Positions 48,595-60,035 of a stretch of DNA of 64,000 nucleotides are shown in pieces. This DNA is from an uncultured delta proteobacterium (GTDB taxonomy: Bacteria; Myxococcota_A; Polyangia; Polyangiales; Polyangiaceae): NCBI GenBank assembly GCA_963696385.1, contig CAVOKF010000007.1:832001-896000 (forward strand). Direction: 5' to 3'. The notes beneath the pieces are model-generated. The model saw nothing but the letters and a program-made list of their open reading frames with translations. It was not told where the DNA came from and did no database searches. The translations under genes were made by a program, and so were the position numbers. Every line of letters starts with the position of its first letter. Within the stretch, counting starts at the first letter, position 1.

Positions 48595-51294
48595 ATGACC
48601 GCGAGCCCGCGGAGCATTCTGCCGACGTCGCTGCAATCGAGCGTCCTGCGCGACGCGCTCGAGCGGCACCGCGCGAGTTTGCTCGCGCGCCTCGAAAACA
48701 ACGAAGACGGAATGGCGCTCGGACGGGCCAACGCCCGATTTCTCAACGCGTGCTTCAACGCACTGTTCGAAGGGGCGGCACGGCTCGCGGGCCTGCCGCG
48801 CGGGGTGGCGCTGGCCGCCGCCGGAAGCTTCGGGCGAGGTGCCGTCGCCCTGCGGAGCGATGCCGACGTGGTGCTCATCGTGGACCCCAACGTCGTCGCG
48901 AGCGACGAGGCGTCCGGACTCGCGAGCGCGCTTCTCTATCCGCTCTGGGACGCCAACTTGGCGGTGGGCCATCAGGTGTTGAGCGCGACCGACGCCGTCA
49001 TGCTGGCGCAGCGGGACCTGGCCACGGCCACGGCTCTGCTCGACCTGCGTCTGTTGGGGGGCGACGAAGCCTTGCTCCGCGGGCTCATCGCCCGCGCTCA
49101 TGAGGGCCTCTTCGACGAAGAAGGCATGGGCTCGTTCATCGACAGGCTCGAGAGGGAATCCGAGGCGCGGCACGAGCGCTTCGGCGCCTCGCTGTACTTG
49201 CTCGAACCGGACGTGAAGAACGGCGCCGGCGCGCTCCGAGACCTCGACGGGGCGCGCTGGGCCGCGTGCGCGAGGTATCCGAACGTCGGACATGAGCCGA
49301 ACGCGAAGCTCGGCGTCTGGGGAGGTCTTCTGCGTCTCGGGGTCCTGGTGGACCGCGAAGCGCAGGAACTGGCGCAAGCCGAAGAGTTCCTCTGGCGCGT
49401 GCGCAACCGGCTGCATGCCCGGGCCGACCGAAAGACCGATCGACTCGGGTTCGAAGATCAGGAAGCGCTCGCGGTCGCGATGGGCTACGGCACCGACCGA
49501 GCGTGTGCGGCCGAGAGGCTGATGCAAGTCTTCTATCTGAACGCGAGGGCCGCCACGCGCGCGCGCGCCAAGCTGTTCGACCGCGTGCGACCCCAAAGGC
49601 GGCGAGGCAAGCCGGCGGCGCCCGTAGACCTCGGGGATGGCACGCAGATCTTCGAGGGCCAGATCACGATTGCCGATAGCGACGAACTGCAACGCGACCC
49701 AGCGCTCGCGATGCGCGTGCTGACCGCCTGCGTGCGCCAAAGGGCACCGATCCTGCCGTTCGCTCGCGATGCCCTCGCGCGGGCGGCCGAGGACCCGGTA
49801 TGGAGCGAGGCGCTGCGCGCCAGCCCTCGAGCGGCCACGCTCTTCGTCGAACTCGTCTGCACCGTCCGCGAGACGCGCACTCGGCGCGGATCGATCGTCG
49901 GAGAGCTGCACGACCTGGGGTTGCTGCTGGCCATGATCCCCGAGTTTTTACCCGTTACCGGCCGAGTCCACCACGACGTCTATCACGTGTACACGGTCGA
50001 CGTTCATTCCGTGGCCGCCGTCGATCGGTTGCGCCAGCTGGCGCGCGGCGAACTGGCCCACGAGTTTCCTCTGGCGACACGGCTCGCCGCCGAAATCGCG
50101 CGCCCCCGGCCCCTGTTCCTCGCCACCCTTCTGCACGACATCGGCAAGGGCTGGCCGGATGCCAGCGGTTCGCGCCAGAGTCACTCGACCGCGGGGGCGG
50201 CGCTCTGCGAGACGATCCTCGCCCGACTCGGCTTCTCCCCGGAGGAGATCGACGAAGCGCGTCAGCTCGTTCGCGATCATCTCGTCATGTACCACGTGGC
50301 GACGCGACGGGACCTCGACGAGATGGCGACCATCGAGGAGTTCTGCCGCGCCGTTCCCGGTCGCGAGGCGCTTCGCAATCTTTACCTTCTCACCGTCGCC
50401 GACGTGAGTACGACGTCGCCGACGGCCATGACCTCGTGGAAGGCCCGGATGCTCGAGGAACTCTATTTCGGCTCGGAGGGCTATCTCACCGGGCAGAAGG
50501 GCCGGGCGGACACCGAGCGTCTTCTGCGTGTGTGCGAAGCTGCGCGGGCGCTGTGGACCGGCCCGCGCGACAACTTCGATGCCTTGCTCGCGGCGTTGCC
50601 CGAGAGGTACCTGCTCGCCAACCAGCCGGAATCCATCGTGCAGCACGGCCGAGTCGTCGAGCAGCGCGGCAGCCGCGAGTCGCACATCGCCATCGTCACG
50701 TCACGGCACCCCGAAGCGGCGGAGCTCTGCGTGGTCGCCAACGATTGACCGGGTCTATTGGCCAGTATCGCGGCCGCGCTGACCGCGAACCGTCTGGAGG
50801 TGCTCACCGCGGAGGTGTATTCCCATCCGGTCGGGGCGGAGCGCGAAGCGCTCGATCTGTTCTGGGTGCGCGACCGCGACGGAGGCACCGAGGGTGTAGA
50901 GATGGCTCTTCCGCGACTCGCGCAAGACCTCGAAAGCGTGTGCTCCGGGTCGATCACGCCCTCGGACCTGCTGCGCATGCGAACCGGGTCGTCGTCTCCG
51001 TGGCGCGAACGGCCGAGCCCCGCGGTGCCCACCGAGATTCTGTTCGACAATCGCGCGTCGTCGCGCCACACGATCGTCGAGGTCTACGCCAAGGACCGGT
51101 CGGGGCTCTTGCACACGCTCGCCCAGGCCCTGCACGACCTCGGGCTGTCGATCGCATTGTCCAAGATCAACACGGAAGGAGCGCGCGTCGCCGACGTCTT
51201 TTACGTGGCCGAGCTCGACGGGCGCAAAGTGCCACCCGGGCCTCGCCACGCCGAGATCCGCGAGGCCCTCGCTCGCGCCATCGGGACGGCGTAG
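48595..51294 (+). pseudogene. glnD: [Protein-PII] uridylyltransferase GlnD interrupted by an in-frame TGA at 50746-50748
   Basis: GSFGRG...SDADV, LEPDVKNGAGALRD, YHVYTVDVH, LLHDIGKG. The ACT domains continue in the same frame after AND*PGLLA (DRSGLLH, KINTEG.RVADVFY). Confidence 0.9.
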
Positions 51295-51516
51295 CGCCGG
51301 GGCGCCGGGGCGCCGCTGGGAACGCAGGGTGCGCGCGCTTTTTCGTCCGCGAAACGGCGCGGGCGAGGTATTCGAGAACCGGATGCGAATCGGATGCCAC
51401 GAGTCGGCCCGTCGGGACGAGGAGAGGATCGCCAGCCGAACGGCGGCACCGGCCACGACCGCGTTCGACCGCGTGGCTGAAATGGCGACCGATCTGGCCG
51501 GCCGGACAACGACTCC

Positions 51517-52893
51517 GTGACGATGACGCATTCGGTCGGAGCGGTCGAGTGGACCCATCACGACACGCTTCTGATGGCGTTCGGGGCCCTGACGATGATT
51601 GGCATCGTGACGCTCATCGCAGGCGCCCGAGTCCACCCCTTCATTGCATTGACTCTGGCCTCGGCGGGGCTCGGCATGGCCGTCGGGCTACCTCACGACA
51701 AGGCGCTGGCCGCTTTCGGGAAAGGAGTCGGCGCCACTCTCAGCGGGGTCGGCATCGTCATCGTACTCGGTGCGACGACGGGCAAGCTGCTCGCCATCTC
51801 CGGAGGCGCCGACCGTGTCGTTTCGAGCATCGTCGACCGGGCAGGACCGCGCTCCATGCCCTGGGCGATCGCGCTCGGCGCAACGCTCATCGGCATTCCG
51901 CTGTTCTTCGAGGTGAGCGTCGTGCTCATCATGCCCATCATCCTCACGATCGCCCGCACAACTCGGCGGTCGAGTCTGCGTGTGGCCATCCCGGCGCTCG
52001 CGGGCGTCTCGGTGGCGCACGGATTGTTGCCCCCGCATCCCGCTCCGCTCGTCGCGGCCCGTCTCTTGAGCGCCGACGTGGGCCAAACGCTCGCGTACGG
52101 GCTGCTCGTCGCGGTGCCGACCGTTGCTGTCGCGGGGCCTGTTTTCGGTGGGTGGATATCCAATCGGATCGATCCACGGACCCGCGGCGGCAACCTCGAT
52201 CCGCCCGCGACCATCCCGTCGTCCGACGATTCGCCGAGCCTCTCGATCGCTCTATTGACACTGCTCTTGCCCGTCGGGCTGATGCTGCTCCGTGCGGGCG
52301 TCGACGTAGCTGGGGTGAGCGGCGCGTGGAGAGAGAGAGCTGACCTCGTGGGTCATCCCGTCGCGGCGCTGGTCCCTTCGCTCGGACTGGCGATGCTCAC
52401 CGTCGGCCGCAGCCGCAAGTCGGGGTTGCCACCCATGGGCGCGGTGATCCTCGACAGCCTCGTGTCGGTCGTCGGATTGGTGGCGATTATCGGTGCGGGC
52501 GGGGGATTCAAGGAGACCCTGATCGAAAGTGGCATCGGGTCATCCATTGCGAAGGTCGCGCAAAGCTCATCCGTGCCGCCGCTCCTGCTCGGGTGGCTTA
52601 TCGCCGTCGGCGTTCGCGTCGCCACCGGTTCGGCTACGGTCGCGACCGTCACCGCGTCGGGCATCGTTGCGCCACTCATACCTACGCTTCACCACGTAAA
52701 CCCTGCCCTTCTGGCCCTCTCGATCGGCGCAGGGTCGCTCTTCTTTTCGCACGTGAACGATGCCGGGTTTTGGCTGGTGAAAGAGTCGCTCGGCATGACG
52801 GTCGGCGAGACGATCCGGTCGTGGTCGGCCATGGAAACGCTCGTTTCGGTCGTTGCCATGGCATGCCTCCTCGCGCTCAGCGCGATTTACTGA
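51517..52893 (+). CDS. GntP-family gluconate:H+ symporter
   Basis: VHPFIAL, GIPLFFEV, HGLLPPHPAP, IIGAGGGFK, RVATGSATVA, SHVNDAGFW, W.AMET. Confidence 0.93.
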   Translation: MTMTHSVGAVEWTHHDTLLMAFGALTMIGIVTLIAGARVHPFIALTLASAGLGMAVGLPHDKALAAFGKGVGATLSGVGIVIVLGATTGKLLAISGGADRVVSSIVDRAGPRSMPWAIALGATLIGIPLFFEVSVVLIMPIILTIARTTRRSSLRVAIPALAGVSVAHGLLPPHPAPLVAARLLSADVGQTLAYGLLVAVPTVAVAGPVFGGWISNRIDPRTRGGNLDPPATIPSSDDSPSLSIALLTLLLPVGLMLLRAGVDVAGVSGAWRERADLVGHPVAALVPSLGLAMLTVGRSRKSGLPPMGAVILDSLVSVVGLVAIIGAGGGFKETLIESGIGSSIAKVAQSSSVPPLLLGWLIAVGVRVATGSATVATVTASGIVAPLIPTLHHVNPALLALSIGAGSLFFSHVNDAGFWLVKESLGMTVGETIRSWSAMETLVSVVAMACLLALSAIY

Positions 52894-53057
52894 CGCGGCG
52901 ATCCAGTCGAGCGCGAATTGAACGGTATGCTTGACGATCGGCGTTAGGGCGACAAGCGTGCCCCTATGCGCCCGCAGTGGTACATAATCCATGCTTCACT
53001 GCCGCAGCGCATCCGGCGCAACCGGCGCACGTCGAGTCGCGGGAAACCGATACCGTC

Positions 53058-55232
53058 ATGGAAAGAATTTATCGATATTCGGCACTCATCAGCGTGATCG
53101 TCGCCGCCGCATGCGCCACCTCCAGCACCGAGAGTGGCTTTACCGGGCAGCCCGTCACCGGCCAGAACTCATCGGACGCCAGCGGGAACCTGGTCGCGAC
53201 ACTCGGGGGCGGCAATAACGGCGACGCCAGTTTGACTGGCACGCACCCGAGCGCGGGCCCCGACGCCGGAAACGATTCGGGCTTGGTCATCGGTGCCGAC
53301 GGCGCGGTCGTCGGCTCGTGCGTCGTCGGTCGCACGTGCGACCCGACCTGCGACCAGCTCGCGGAGAACGGCGAGCACACGTACATCGAGCCGAAACCGG
53401 ACGATGGGTCGCCGCTTCCGCCCGGCCCGGTCACGTCGCTCGCCGCCATGTTCACCGGAGCGGCGACGTCGGGAGGGCCCTGCATCATCGACCCGCCCAA
53501 CGGATCGCTATTTCCCAATAACTGGCTGCGCCCGCGCATCTACTTCGCCCCGGCCGCCAATACCACCAACTATTATCAGATTCGCATTCACACCACTCGC
53601 CAGATGAACGATCTGGTCGTCTACACGGAGAGCATCAGCTGGGAGATCCCGGCGGACATCTGGGCGGCACTGGCCGCATCGACGTGGGGCGAGGACATCA
53701 CCGTCACGGTCAGCGAAGTGGCCGCCACCGGCGGTAGCGCGACGAGCTCGCAAGTCAGTTTCCAAATCGCGCCGGCCGACGCGAACGGCTCGATGATCTA
53801 TTGGGCCGCCGTGGGCGACACGGACGGGTTCTCCTGGCTCGAAGGGTTCCGCGTCGGCGACGAGGGAGTGTCGACGGTGCTCACGGTGCCGACCGGGCCG
53901 TTCGCCGCGGCGGCGACCAACTCGCAGTGGACCTGGTCGCGCGATTCGGGCGGCAACCTGTCCACGACGAACCGGGACACGAACGTGGCCTTGACTCCGA
54001 CCGGCGATGCGCAGTGCATCGGATGCCACGTGGCCGTGCCCGACGGCAACAGCGTCGCCTTCGTCGATTTTTATCCATGGGACGGGGTGACGAGCGCGGT
54101 CAACACGGGCGACGTCGGGCAGAACCCCACGTGGCTCACTCCCGGAGGCGCGGAGGCCCTCAGCCAGGGTTGGATCGGAATGCTGGCGTTCTCGTCGGGC
54201 GCCTGGAATAGCGGCAATCATCTCGTCATCACGTCGTCGCAGGTGCCGCAGACTTCGACGAACAACCCCTGGGCCGCGGGCGGGGCGGGCGGGGACCTGG
54301 CCGCGACCAACCTGATCTGGATCGACCTTTCGACCACGGCCGCGCCGACTTTCGTCTCGGCGGCGGGCACTCCGCTGCCGTCCATATCCGTTCCATCCGC
54401 GCCGTTTGTGGCCAATCAGGGCACGACTTACGGTTACATCGACCGCGGGGGCGACAAGAACAGCGCGGGCACGCCGGCGTGGAGCCACGACGGAACGAAG
54501 GTCGTCTACGCCTCGAACAACGCGCCCGAGTCTGGACGCTTGGCCACCGGGACTTCGGACCTCTACGTGCTGCCGTTCGACGTGGCGACCAAGCAGGCGA
54601 CGGCCGCCGCGGGCCCCCTGCAGGGGGCCGCGAGCGCCGGCGTGAACGAATACTATCCGGCGTTCTCGCCCGACGACAAATACGTGGCGTTCAACTCCGC
54701 ACCGCCCGCCAATGCAATGTACTACAACGCGGACGCGGAGATTTACGTCGTCCCCTCCGGCGGCGCCGCGACGCCGACGCGCCTCGATGCGAACTCTCCG
54801 GCCGCGTGCATGAAGGGACAGGATGGGGGCGCCGCGGTGAGCCCCGGGGTCACCAACAGCTGGGCGCGATGGTCGCCGGAGTATCCCACCTGCAGCGGAA
54901 AGACGTACTACTGGCTGATTTTCTCTTCGTCCCGTTTGGGGATCCCTTTCCAATACACGGCAAAACCGCAGAACTTCAAAAAGGGGGCGGCTCCGACCGT
55001 GACGGGAGGCTTCACGGAGCCCACGTCGCAGCTTTACCTGACCGGCATCGTCGACGACGGATCCGGCACACTGACCACCTATCCGGCCACGTACATCTGG
55101 AATCAGCCGATCACCGCGACGGCCGGGGGCGTGAGCTGGAATCAGAGCAATCATACGCCGGCCTGGGAAGTCGTCGAAATTCAGCCTCCCCCCCCGACGC
55201 CGCCGCCAGCGCCGCCGCCGCCGCCACGCTGA
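53058..55232 (+). CDS. TolB-like/PD40 beta-propeller lipoprotein with a single CxxCH
   Basis: Start MERIYR, lipobox VAAAC, FPNNWLRP, CIGCH, PAWSHDG, YYPAFSPDD, NSWARWSP, YYWLIFSS.R. Confidence 0.8.
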   Translation: MERIYRYSALISVIVAAACATSSTESGFTGQPVTGQNSSDASGNLVATLGGGNNGDASLTGTHPSAGPDAGNDSGLVIGADGAVVGSCVVGRTCDPTCDQLAENGEHTYIEPKPDDGSPLPPGPVTSLAAMFTGAATSGGPCIIDPPNGSLFPNNWLRPRIYFAPAANTTNYYQIRIHTTRQMNDLVVYTESISWEIPADIWAALAASTWGEDITVTVSEVAATGGSATSSQVSFQIAPADANGSMIYWAAVGDTDGFSWLEGFRVGDEGVSTVLTVPTGPFAAAATNSQWTWSRDSGGNLSTTNRDTNVALTPTGDAQCIGCHVAVPDGNSVAFVDFYPWDGVTSAVNTGDVGQNPTWLTPGGAEALSQGWIGMLAFSSGAWNSGNHLVITSSQVPQTSTNNPWAAGGAGGDLAATNLIWIDLSTTAAPTFVSAAGTPLPSISVPSAPFVANQGTTYGYIDRGGDKNSAGTPAWSHDGTKVVYASNNAPESGRLATGTSDLYVLPFDVATKQATAAAGPLQGAASAGVNEYYPAFSPDDKYVAFNSAPPANAMYYNADAEIYVVPSGGAATPTRLDANSPAACMKGQDGGAAVSPGVTNSWARWSPEYPTCSGKTYYWLIFSSSRLGIPFQYTAKPQNFKKGAAPTVTGGFTEPTSQLYLTGIVDDGSGTLTTYPATYIWNQPITATAGGVSWNQSNHTPAWEVVEIQPPPPTPPPAPPPPPR

Positions 55233-55326
55233 ACGAGTTCAATTTCCGTCGCGCTTCTTGGTATGGTGCGGCGGCGAACCCGTCGGCTCGGGTCTTCGCC
55301 GAGCGAACGGCCAGCCCAACGGAGCC

Positions 55327-56854
55327 ATGCCCGACGACCCTGACAAGAGTGTGACGCTCGCGATACCGGGGGTCGTGCAAGTTCGTCCGCTTTCCGCGGG
55401 CAAAAGCGCGGTGCGAATCGGTCCCTCGGCCGGGTGGCTGGAGCCGAAGGGACTGTCCTGCTGGGAAAGCGAGCTCTCATTCGTCGTACGCGGGGACCTG
55501 ACCGCGACGCTCGCTCGCGCGGTCCGCGCCACTCTCCCGGTCGAACAGAATCGCGCCGAAACGTTTCCCCATGGCGCACCAGGCCGTCGAAGTCAGCCCG
55601 CTATTGCCCATTGCGGCCAATCTGGCCGCAAGCGTGCGGGGCGAGGGTGTTCGCGTGCACACGGTGGGAGTGGACCGCGTGTCTTCAGGCTTTTACTACT
55701 TTGCCGAAGGCGGTCCGGGCGACGCCGTGCGGGTGCAGGGCAACCTGGTCGAGATGCTCGCCCCTTCGCTGACCGCAGCGAGCAGCAACGCGGAGATCTC
55801 CGCGCTCGTCGACGGCCTCATCGACCGCCTTCTCGCGCAGCTTTCCGATGGGGTCGTGTCGGAGCTCGACGTCGAACTCGCCGATGCGCTGCCCCGTCTG
55901 TCGCGCGACGGAACGGGGCTTTTGGGCACGGATCTCGACGCCTTCGATTCGCAGGCACGCGCTCTCGCCGCGGGGTCGCAGCGCTGGGCCGCCTCCGGAT
56001 TGCCGCTCGCCCAAGCCCTTGCGGCCGCCGCGCGGCTCGGACAAACGTTCGCGCGCGTGCCTCTCTTCGGAGAAGCGCGCCTGGAAAGTCCCACGTCACT
56101 CGATGTGCTGGTCGGCGGGCGCGTGCAGCGGCTGCCGGGGCGGCCTCTCTGGACGGTCCAGGGCACCCCTCGCGACGATGCGGCGGCGACTGGCGTCGAA
56201 GCCCGTGCGGAGCCCAACGGACTCGCCGGCTCCGCAGCGCGCTCGCATTCGCTCGACGTTGTGGGGGCCGAGTCCACGGCAACGGCCACACCACGCTCCG
56301 GGATCGACACGATCGAGGCCATGGCGAAGACGGAGAAAGAGCCCCCGGCTGGCGCAAAGGCCACACCGCCGATCGAACCGCGCGCGCCGGCGCCGACCAC
56401 CGCCCCCGCCGAACCGACAATCATCCCCGCCCCAATCGTGACGGTCACCGCCGCGTCCGCTTCGCCCGAACCCGAGAGCGCCGTCGCGCCCTTCGCGGCG
56501 CTCGGACCTGAGCCGCCACCTGCCCACACACCGGCGACCGCTCCGTCCGACCTCTCCCCGCTTGCCACGACGCCCTCGTCGGTGGCGCCGCCGCGATTGC
56601 CCGCCCCCGAGCAGCCATCCACGCGGGCCAAAGAAGCCGAACGGCCATCGCCAGTACCGGCGCAATCCAGCTCCCTAGCCGCCTCCGGAGGCCAGCCCCA
56701 GGAGTCGCCGCTGCCGGCTGCCGCGATCGCGCCCGCCCCGTCCGCCGTTCCGAGCACGAGCCGAGGGATCGGGGCGATCATCCTGCTGGTGCTCGCGGTG
56801 ATCGCCTACTTCGTCGGACGTTTCATGAGGCGCCACTTCACGAAGCTGCCCTGA
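55327..56854 (+). CDS. Hypothetical protein with Pro-rich region and C-terminal membrane anchor; possibly frameshifted at ~55567-55570
   Basis: ORF 55571..56854 ends in GIGAIILLVLAVIAYFVGRFMRR. The upstream frame from ATG 55327 looks coding and joins if one C of cccc is removed. Confidence 0.55.
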
Positions 56855-57109
56855 GGCGCCCGCCGATCGCGCGGGACACCCCGGAAATGGCGTGGACGAG
56901 CGCGCTCCCACGCTCCGCCGCCGATGGACGGCCACGGACCGTCGGACCGGCGGCCCGATCCTTGACTGTCCCCTCGGTGCCCTCCGCCGGCACCTGGTCC
57001 GGACCTTGCGCGCGCTCGAGTCGTGCCTACCATTTGAGCTACAAAGATCCACATGCGGGCGCGTCGGAACGGCTCCAGCGCGTCACGGTAGCTGGGTCAG
57101 GAAGTCGTC

Positions 57110-57442
57110 ATGAGCAGTATTAGCGAAAGCCAGCAAGTTAGTCCGCAGGAAGTTGCATCACTGAGTGGTGCCGTTGTCCCCCAGGTCGAATCCGCTCCAG
57201 CTGAGCAGGAGTTGCGGCCTGACGCGCCACCCACGTCATCCGCTGCCGATGCCGCGCATCCACGGCGGCCTCGTGGGTTTGCGGCCATCGACCGCAAGCT
57301 CTTGGCGGAAATCGCCAGCAAAGGCGGCAAAGCCGCCCATTCGGCCGGAACGGCTCACGAGTTCACGAGCGACGAGGCACGCGCGGCCGGGCGCAAGGGC
57401 GGGCTCGCCACCCATGCCAAGCGGCGCAAGATCGAACCGTAA
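57110..57442 (+). CDS. KGG-repeat general stress protein
   Basis: RGFAAID....EIASKGGKAAH..GTAHEFTSDEARAAGRKGG. Confidence 0.88.
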   Translation: MSSISESQQVSPQEVASLSGAVVPQVESAPAEQELRPDAPPTSSAADAAHPRRPRGFAAIDRKLLAEIASKGGKAAHSAGTAHEFTSDEARAAGRKGGLATHAKRRKIEP

Positions 57443-57686
57443 GGCGCGGTCGCGGCCATCACCCCGCTGGCGACCCGAGTGGCCGCGTAACGTCCCCCCT
57501 CGGGGTGCGTGCATCTTTCGGAGAATCGGGAATTCACGCGTGGACGTCCGCATGGCCAATCCGCCGGGACTCGTGACCCGGCTGGTTGGCTTGCTCGGTT
57601 CTCCGGTCTCCGGCGGTTTTTTCTCCGGCGGTCTCCTGCGGGATTCTCGAGTTCTCTGGCTCGGCGGATTCTCGAGCGGCACGCTT

Positions 57687-58112
57687 TTACGGTTCCTCGT
57701 CTTTGCGCGCGGTCTTGGTGCGCGATCGCCGCTTTTTGTCGTCGATGCGTCGCTCGACACTTCCCTGAGTCGGACTCGTTCGGCGTCGGGGGCGAGGCCG
57801 CTCCAGGGCCCGAAGGACGACGGCACGGATCTTATCTCGGGCGTCTTCGAGGTTCATTTTCTGGTCGCGCGTCCGCTGACTCGTGACGCGAAGCCGGCCG
57901 TCGGCGGCGAGCGCACCCGCGGCAAGGCGGCGCAGCCGTTCGCGCGCCGTGGCGTCGAGCCCGGCGATACGCAAGAGGTCGACGCGAAGCTCGACCTTGC
58001 TCGCCACTTTGTTGACGTTCTGGCCGCCGGGACCCCCCGAACGCACGGCGCGCATCTCCATCGCCTCTGCCGGCACGACGACGCCCGGACGAACGAGCAG
58101 CGGCTCGGTCAT
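57687..58112 (-). CDS. arfB: Alternative ribosome rescue peptidyl-tRNA hydrolase ArfB
   Basis: RSGGPGGQNVNKVASKVEL, SQRTRDQ..N, basic C-terminal tail. Confidence 0.93.
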   Translation of the reverse strand: MTEPLLVRPGVVVPAEAMEMRAVRSGGPGGQNVNKVASKVELRVDLLRIAGLDATARERLRRLAAGALAADGRLRVTSQRTRDQKMNLEDARDKIRAVVLRALERPRPRRRTSPTQGSVERRIDDKKRRSRTKTARKDEEP

Positions 58113-59746
58113 TGCGCGAGCAACGAGGCGACTCCCGCGATCGCCTCAGCAATGATGCGCTCCAGGTGATCGCCCGAGCGGAAGCTCTCTGCGTAGATTT
58201 TATACACGTCTTCCGTGCCGCTCGGTCGGACCGCAAACCAACCCTGATCGCTCGTGACCTTGAGACCACCGAGATCGGCGCCGTTGCCCGCAGCGATCCG
58301 GCGCGCCGTGATCGCGTCACCGGCGAGCGAGGGTGCCTTCCAGTCCTCTGCGCGGAGCGCGCGCAGGCGCTCTCGGATCGGGCGCGTCGCCGGCGCGTCT
58401 CGTCTCTCGTAGAAAGACCGGCCGAGCGCGGCCTCGATCGCGGCGTACTGTCGGCCTGGATCGCGGCCTGTCACCGAAAGGATTTCACACGCCAGAAGGG
58501 CGAGGACAATTCCGTCCTTGTCGGTTGTCCAGGTCGATCCGTCACGTGCGAGCAGAGACGCCCCGGCGCTCTCCTCGCCGCCGAATGCGAGCGTTCGGTC
58601 CGCAAGCCCGGCAACGAACCATTTGAACCCGACGGGGACCTCGACGACGCTTCTGCCTCGACTCTGCGCTACGCGGCGGATCACATCGCTCGACACCGCG
58701 GTCATTCCGATGGCGGCCGACGCCGGCCAATCGGGTCGATGCTGCAGCAGGTAGTCGACGGCCGCGGACAAATAATGATTCGGGGGGAGCAAGCCGAAGC
58801 CCGGCGTGACGACGCCATGCCGATCGGCATCGCCGTCATTTCCGAGGGCGATGTCGAACCGGTCGCGTTGCGCGATGAGGTGGGCCATCGCGTACGGAGA
58901 AGAACAGTCGGTCCGGATGCGCCCATCGTGGTCCAAGGGCAGAAAGCGGAACGTCTTGTCGACCGTACGATTGATCACCGTCAGATCGAGCGGATAGCGC
59001 TCGGCGATTCGGCCCCAGTATTCGACACTCGCCCCACCCATCGGATCGACACCCACCTTGGGACGGGCTCGAGCGATGGCCTCGAGATCGATCGCCAGCG
59101 CAAGGTCATCGACATAGCGTCCTATGAAATCGTAGGTCCCGATGGCACCTTCGCGCGTGGCGCGTTCGACCGGAGTCCGTGCGATCGACGCCGGCGATGC
59201 GGCCAGGAGCTCGTTGGCGCGGCGCTCGATCCAAGTCGTGATCGCGGCTTCGGCGGGCCCCCCGTGCGGAGGGTCGTACTTGAAGCCGCCGTCTTCCGGC
59301 GGGTTGTGCGACGGCGTGATGACAATCCCGTCCGCACGCGCCCCGATCGCGCGATTGTGCGTCACGATCGCTCGCGAGACGGCGGGCGTCGGCGTATAGC
59401 CGCCGCCCGATGCGACGAGGGCCCGCACTCCGCGCGCGGCCAGCACCTCGAGCGCCGTCGTATGGGCCGGGACCGAAAGCGCGTGCGTATCCATGCCGAC
59501 GTACAGCGGCCCATCGATCTGGTGCGCCTCGCGCCAGTCGCAAATGGCCTGGGTGATGGCCGCGATGTGATCCTCATTGAAGCTGCGACGCAGCGACGAT
59601 CCGCGGTGACCCGAGGTTCCAAACGAGACCCGTTCCGCGGGCACCTTGCTATCGGGGTGCGCGTCGTAATAAGCGCGCTCGAGCTTGCCGAGATCGACGA
59701 GGCTGGCTGCGGGAGCCGGTTGGCCGGCGCGGGGGTCAAGGCTCAT
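58109..59746 (-). CDS. pgm: Phosphoglucomutase (alpha-D-glucose-1,6-bisphosphate-dependent)
   Basis: FGTSGHRGSS, ITPSHNPPEDGGFKY, NDGDADRHG, GGEESAGAS, RPSGTEDVYKIYAES. Confidence 0.95.
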   Translation of the reverse strand: MSLDPRAGQPAPAASLVDLGKLERAYYDAHPDSKVPAERVSFGTSGHRGSSLRRSFNEDHIAAITQAICDWREAHQIDGPLYVGMDTHALSVPAHTTALEVLAARGVRALVASGGGYTPTPAVSRAIVTHNRAIGARADGIVITPSHNPPEDGGFKYDPPHGGPAEAAITTWIERRANELLAASPASIARTPVERATREGAIGTYDFIGRYVDDLALAIDLEAIARARPKVGVDPMGGASVEYWGRIAERYPLDLTVINRTVDKTFRFLPLDHDGRIRTDCSSPYAMAHLIAQRDRFDIALGNDGDADRHGVVTPGFGLLPPNHYLSAAVDYLLQHRPDWPASAAIGMTAVSSDVIRRVAQSRGRSVVEVPVGFKWFVAGLADRTLAFGGEESAGASLLARDGSTWTTDKDGIVLALLACEILSVTGRDPGRQYAAIEAALGRSFYERRDAPATRPIRERLRALRAEDWKAPSLAGDAITARRIAAGNGADLGGLKVTSDQGWFAVRPSGTEDVYKIYAESFRSGDHLERIIAEAIAGVASLLAQ

Positions 59747-59858
59747 GGCGTGTTGGACGATCCATGTCCCATGCGGCCGGCGCGAGTCAATTGGCGCGAG
59801 TCGATTTCGCCCGACCGCCGTTTCGAAGGCGCGATTCCCCTCGATAGGCTCGCTTTAG

Positions 59859-60035
59859 GCGACGATCGCCGGCGCGGGACTCGACGTTTTCGAGACCGAA
59901 TCGCTGCCGCCCTCGAGCCCGTTTCGGAGGTTGCCGAACGTCATCGTCACGCCTCACGTGGCCGGCCGCACGCCTCGTTACTTCACGCGCGCGGCATCCC
60001 TCTTCGCGGGCAACCTCGTGCCGTTTGGGCGCGAT
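59859..60035 (+). pseudogene. Remnant C-terminal fragment of a D-isomer-specific 2-hydroxyacid dehydrogenase
   Basis: Reads TIAGAGLDVFETESLPPSSPFRRLPNVIVTPHVAGRTPRYFTRAASLFAGNL directly after an in-frame TAG (59856-59858). No N-terminal part is present. Confidence 0.8.

Noticed and set aside
50746..50748. Selenocysteine codon in glnD
   Set aside because: The aligned residue is Arg (DRPGL), not Cys, and I could not identify a SECIS-like hairpin.
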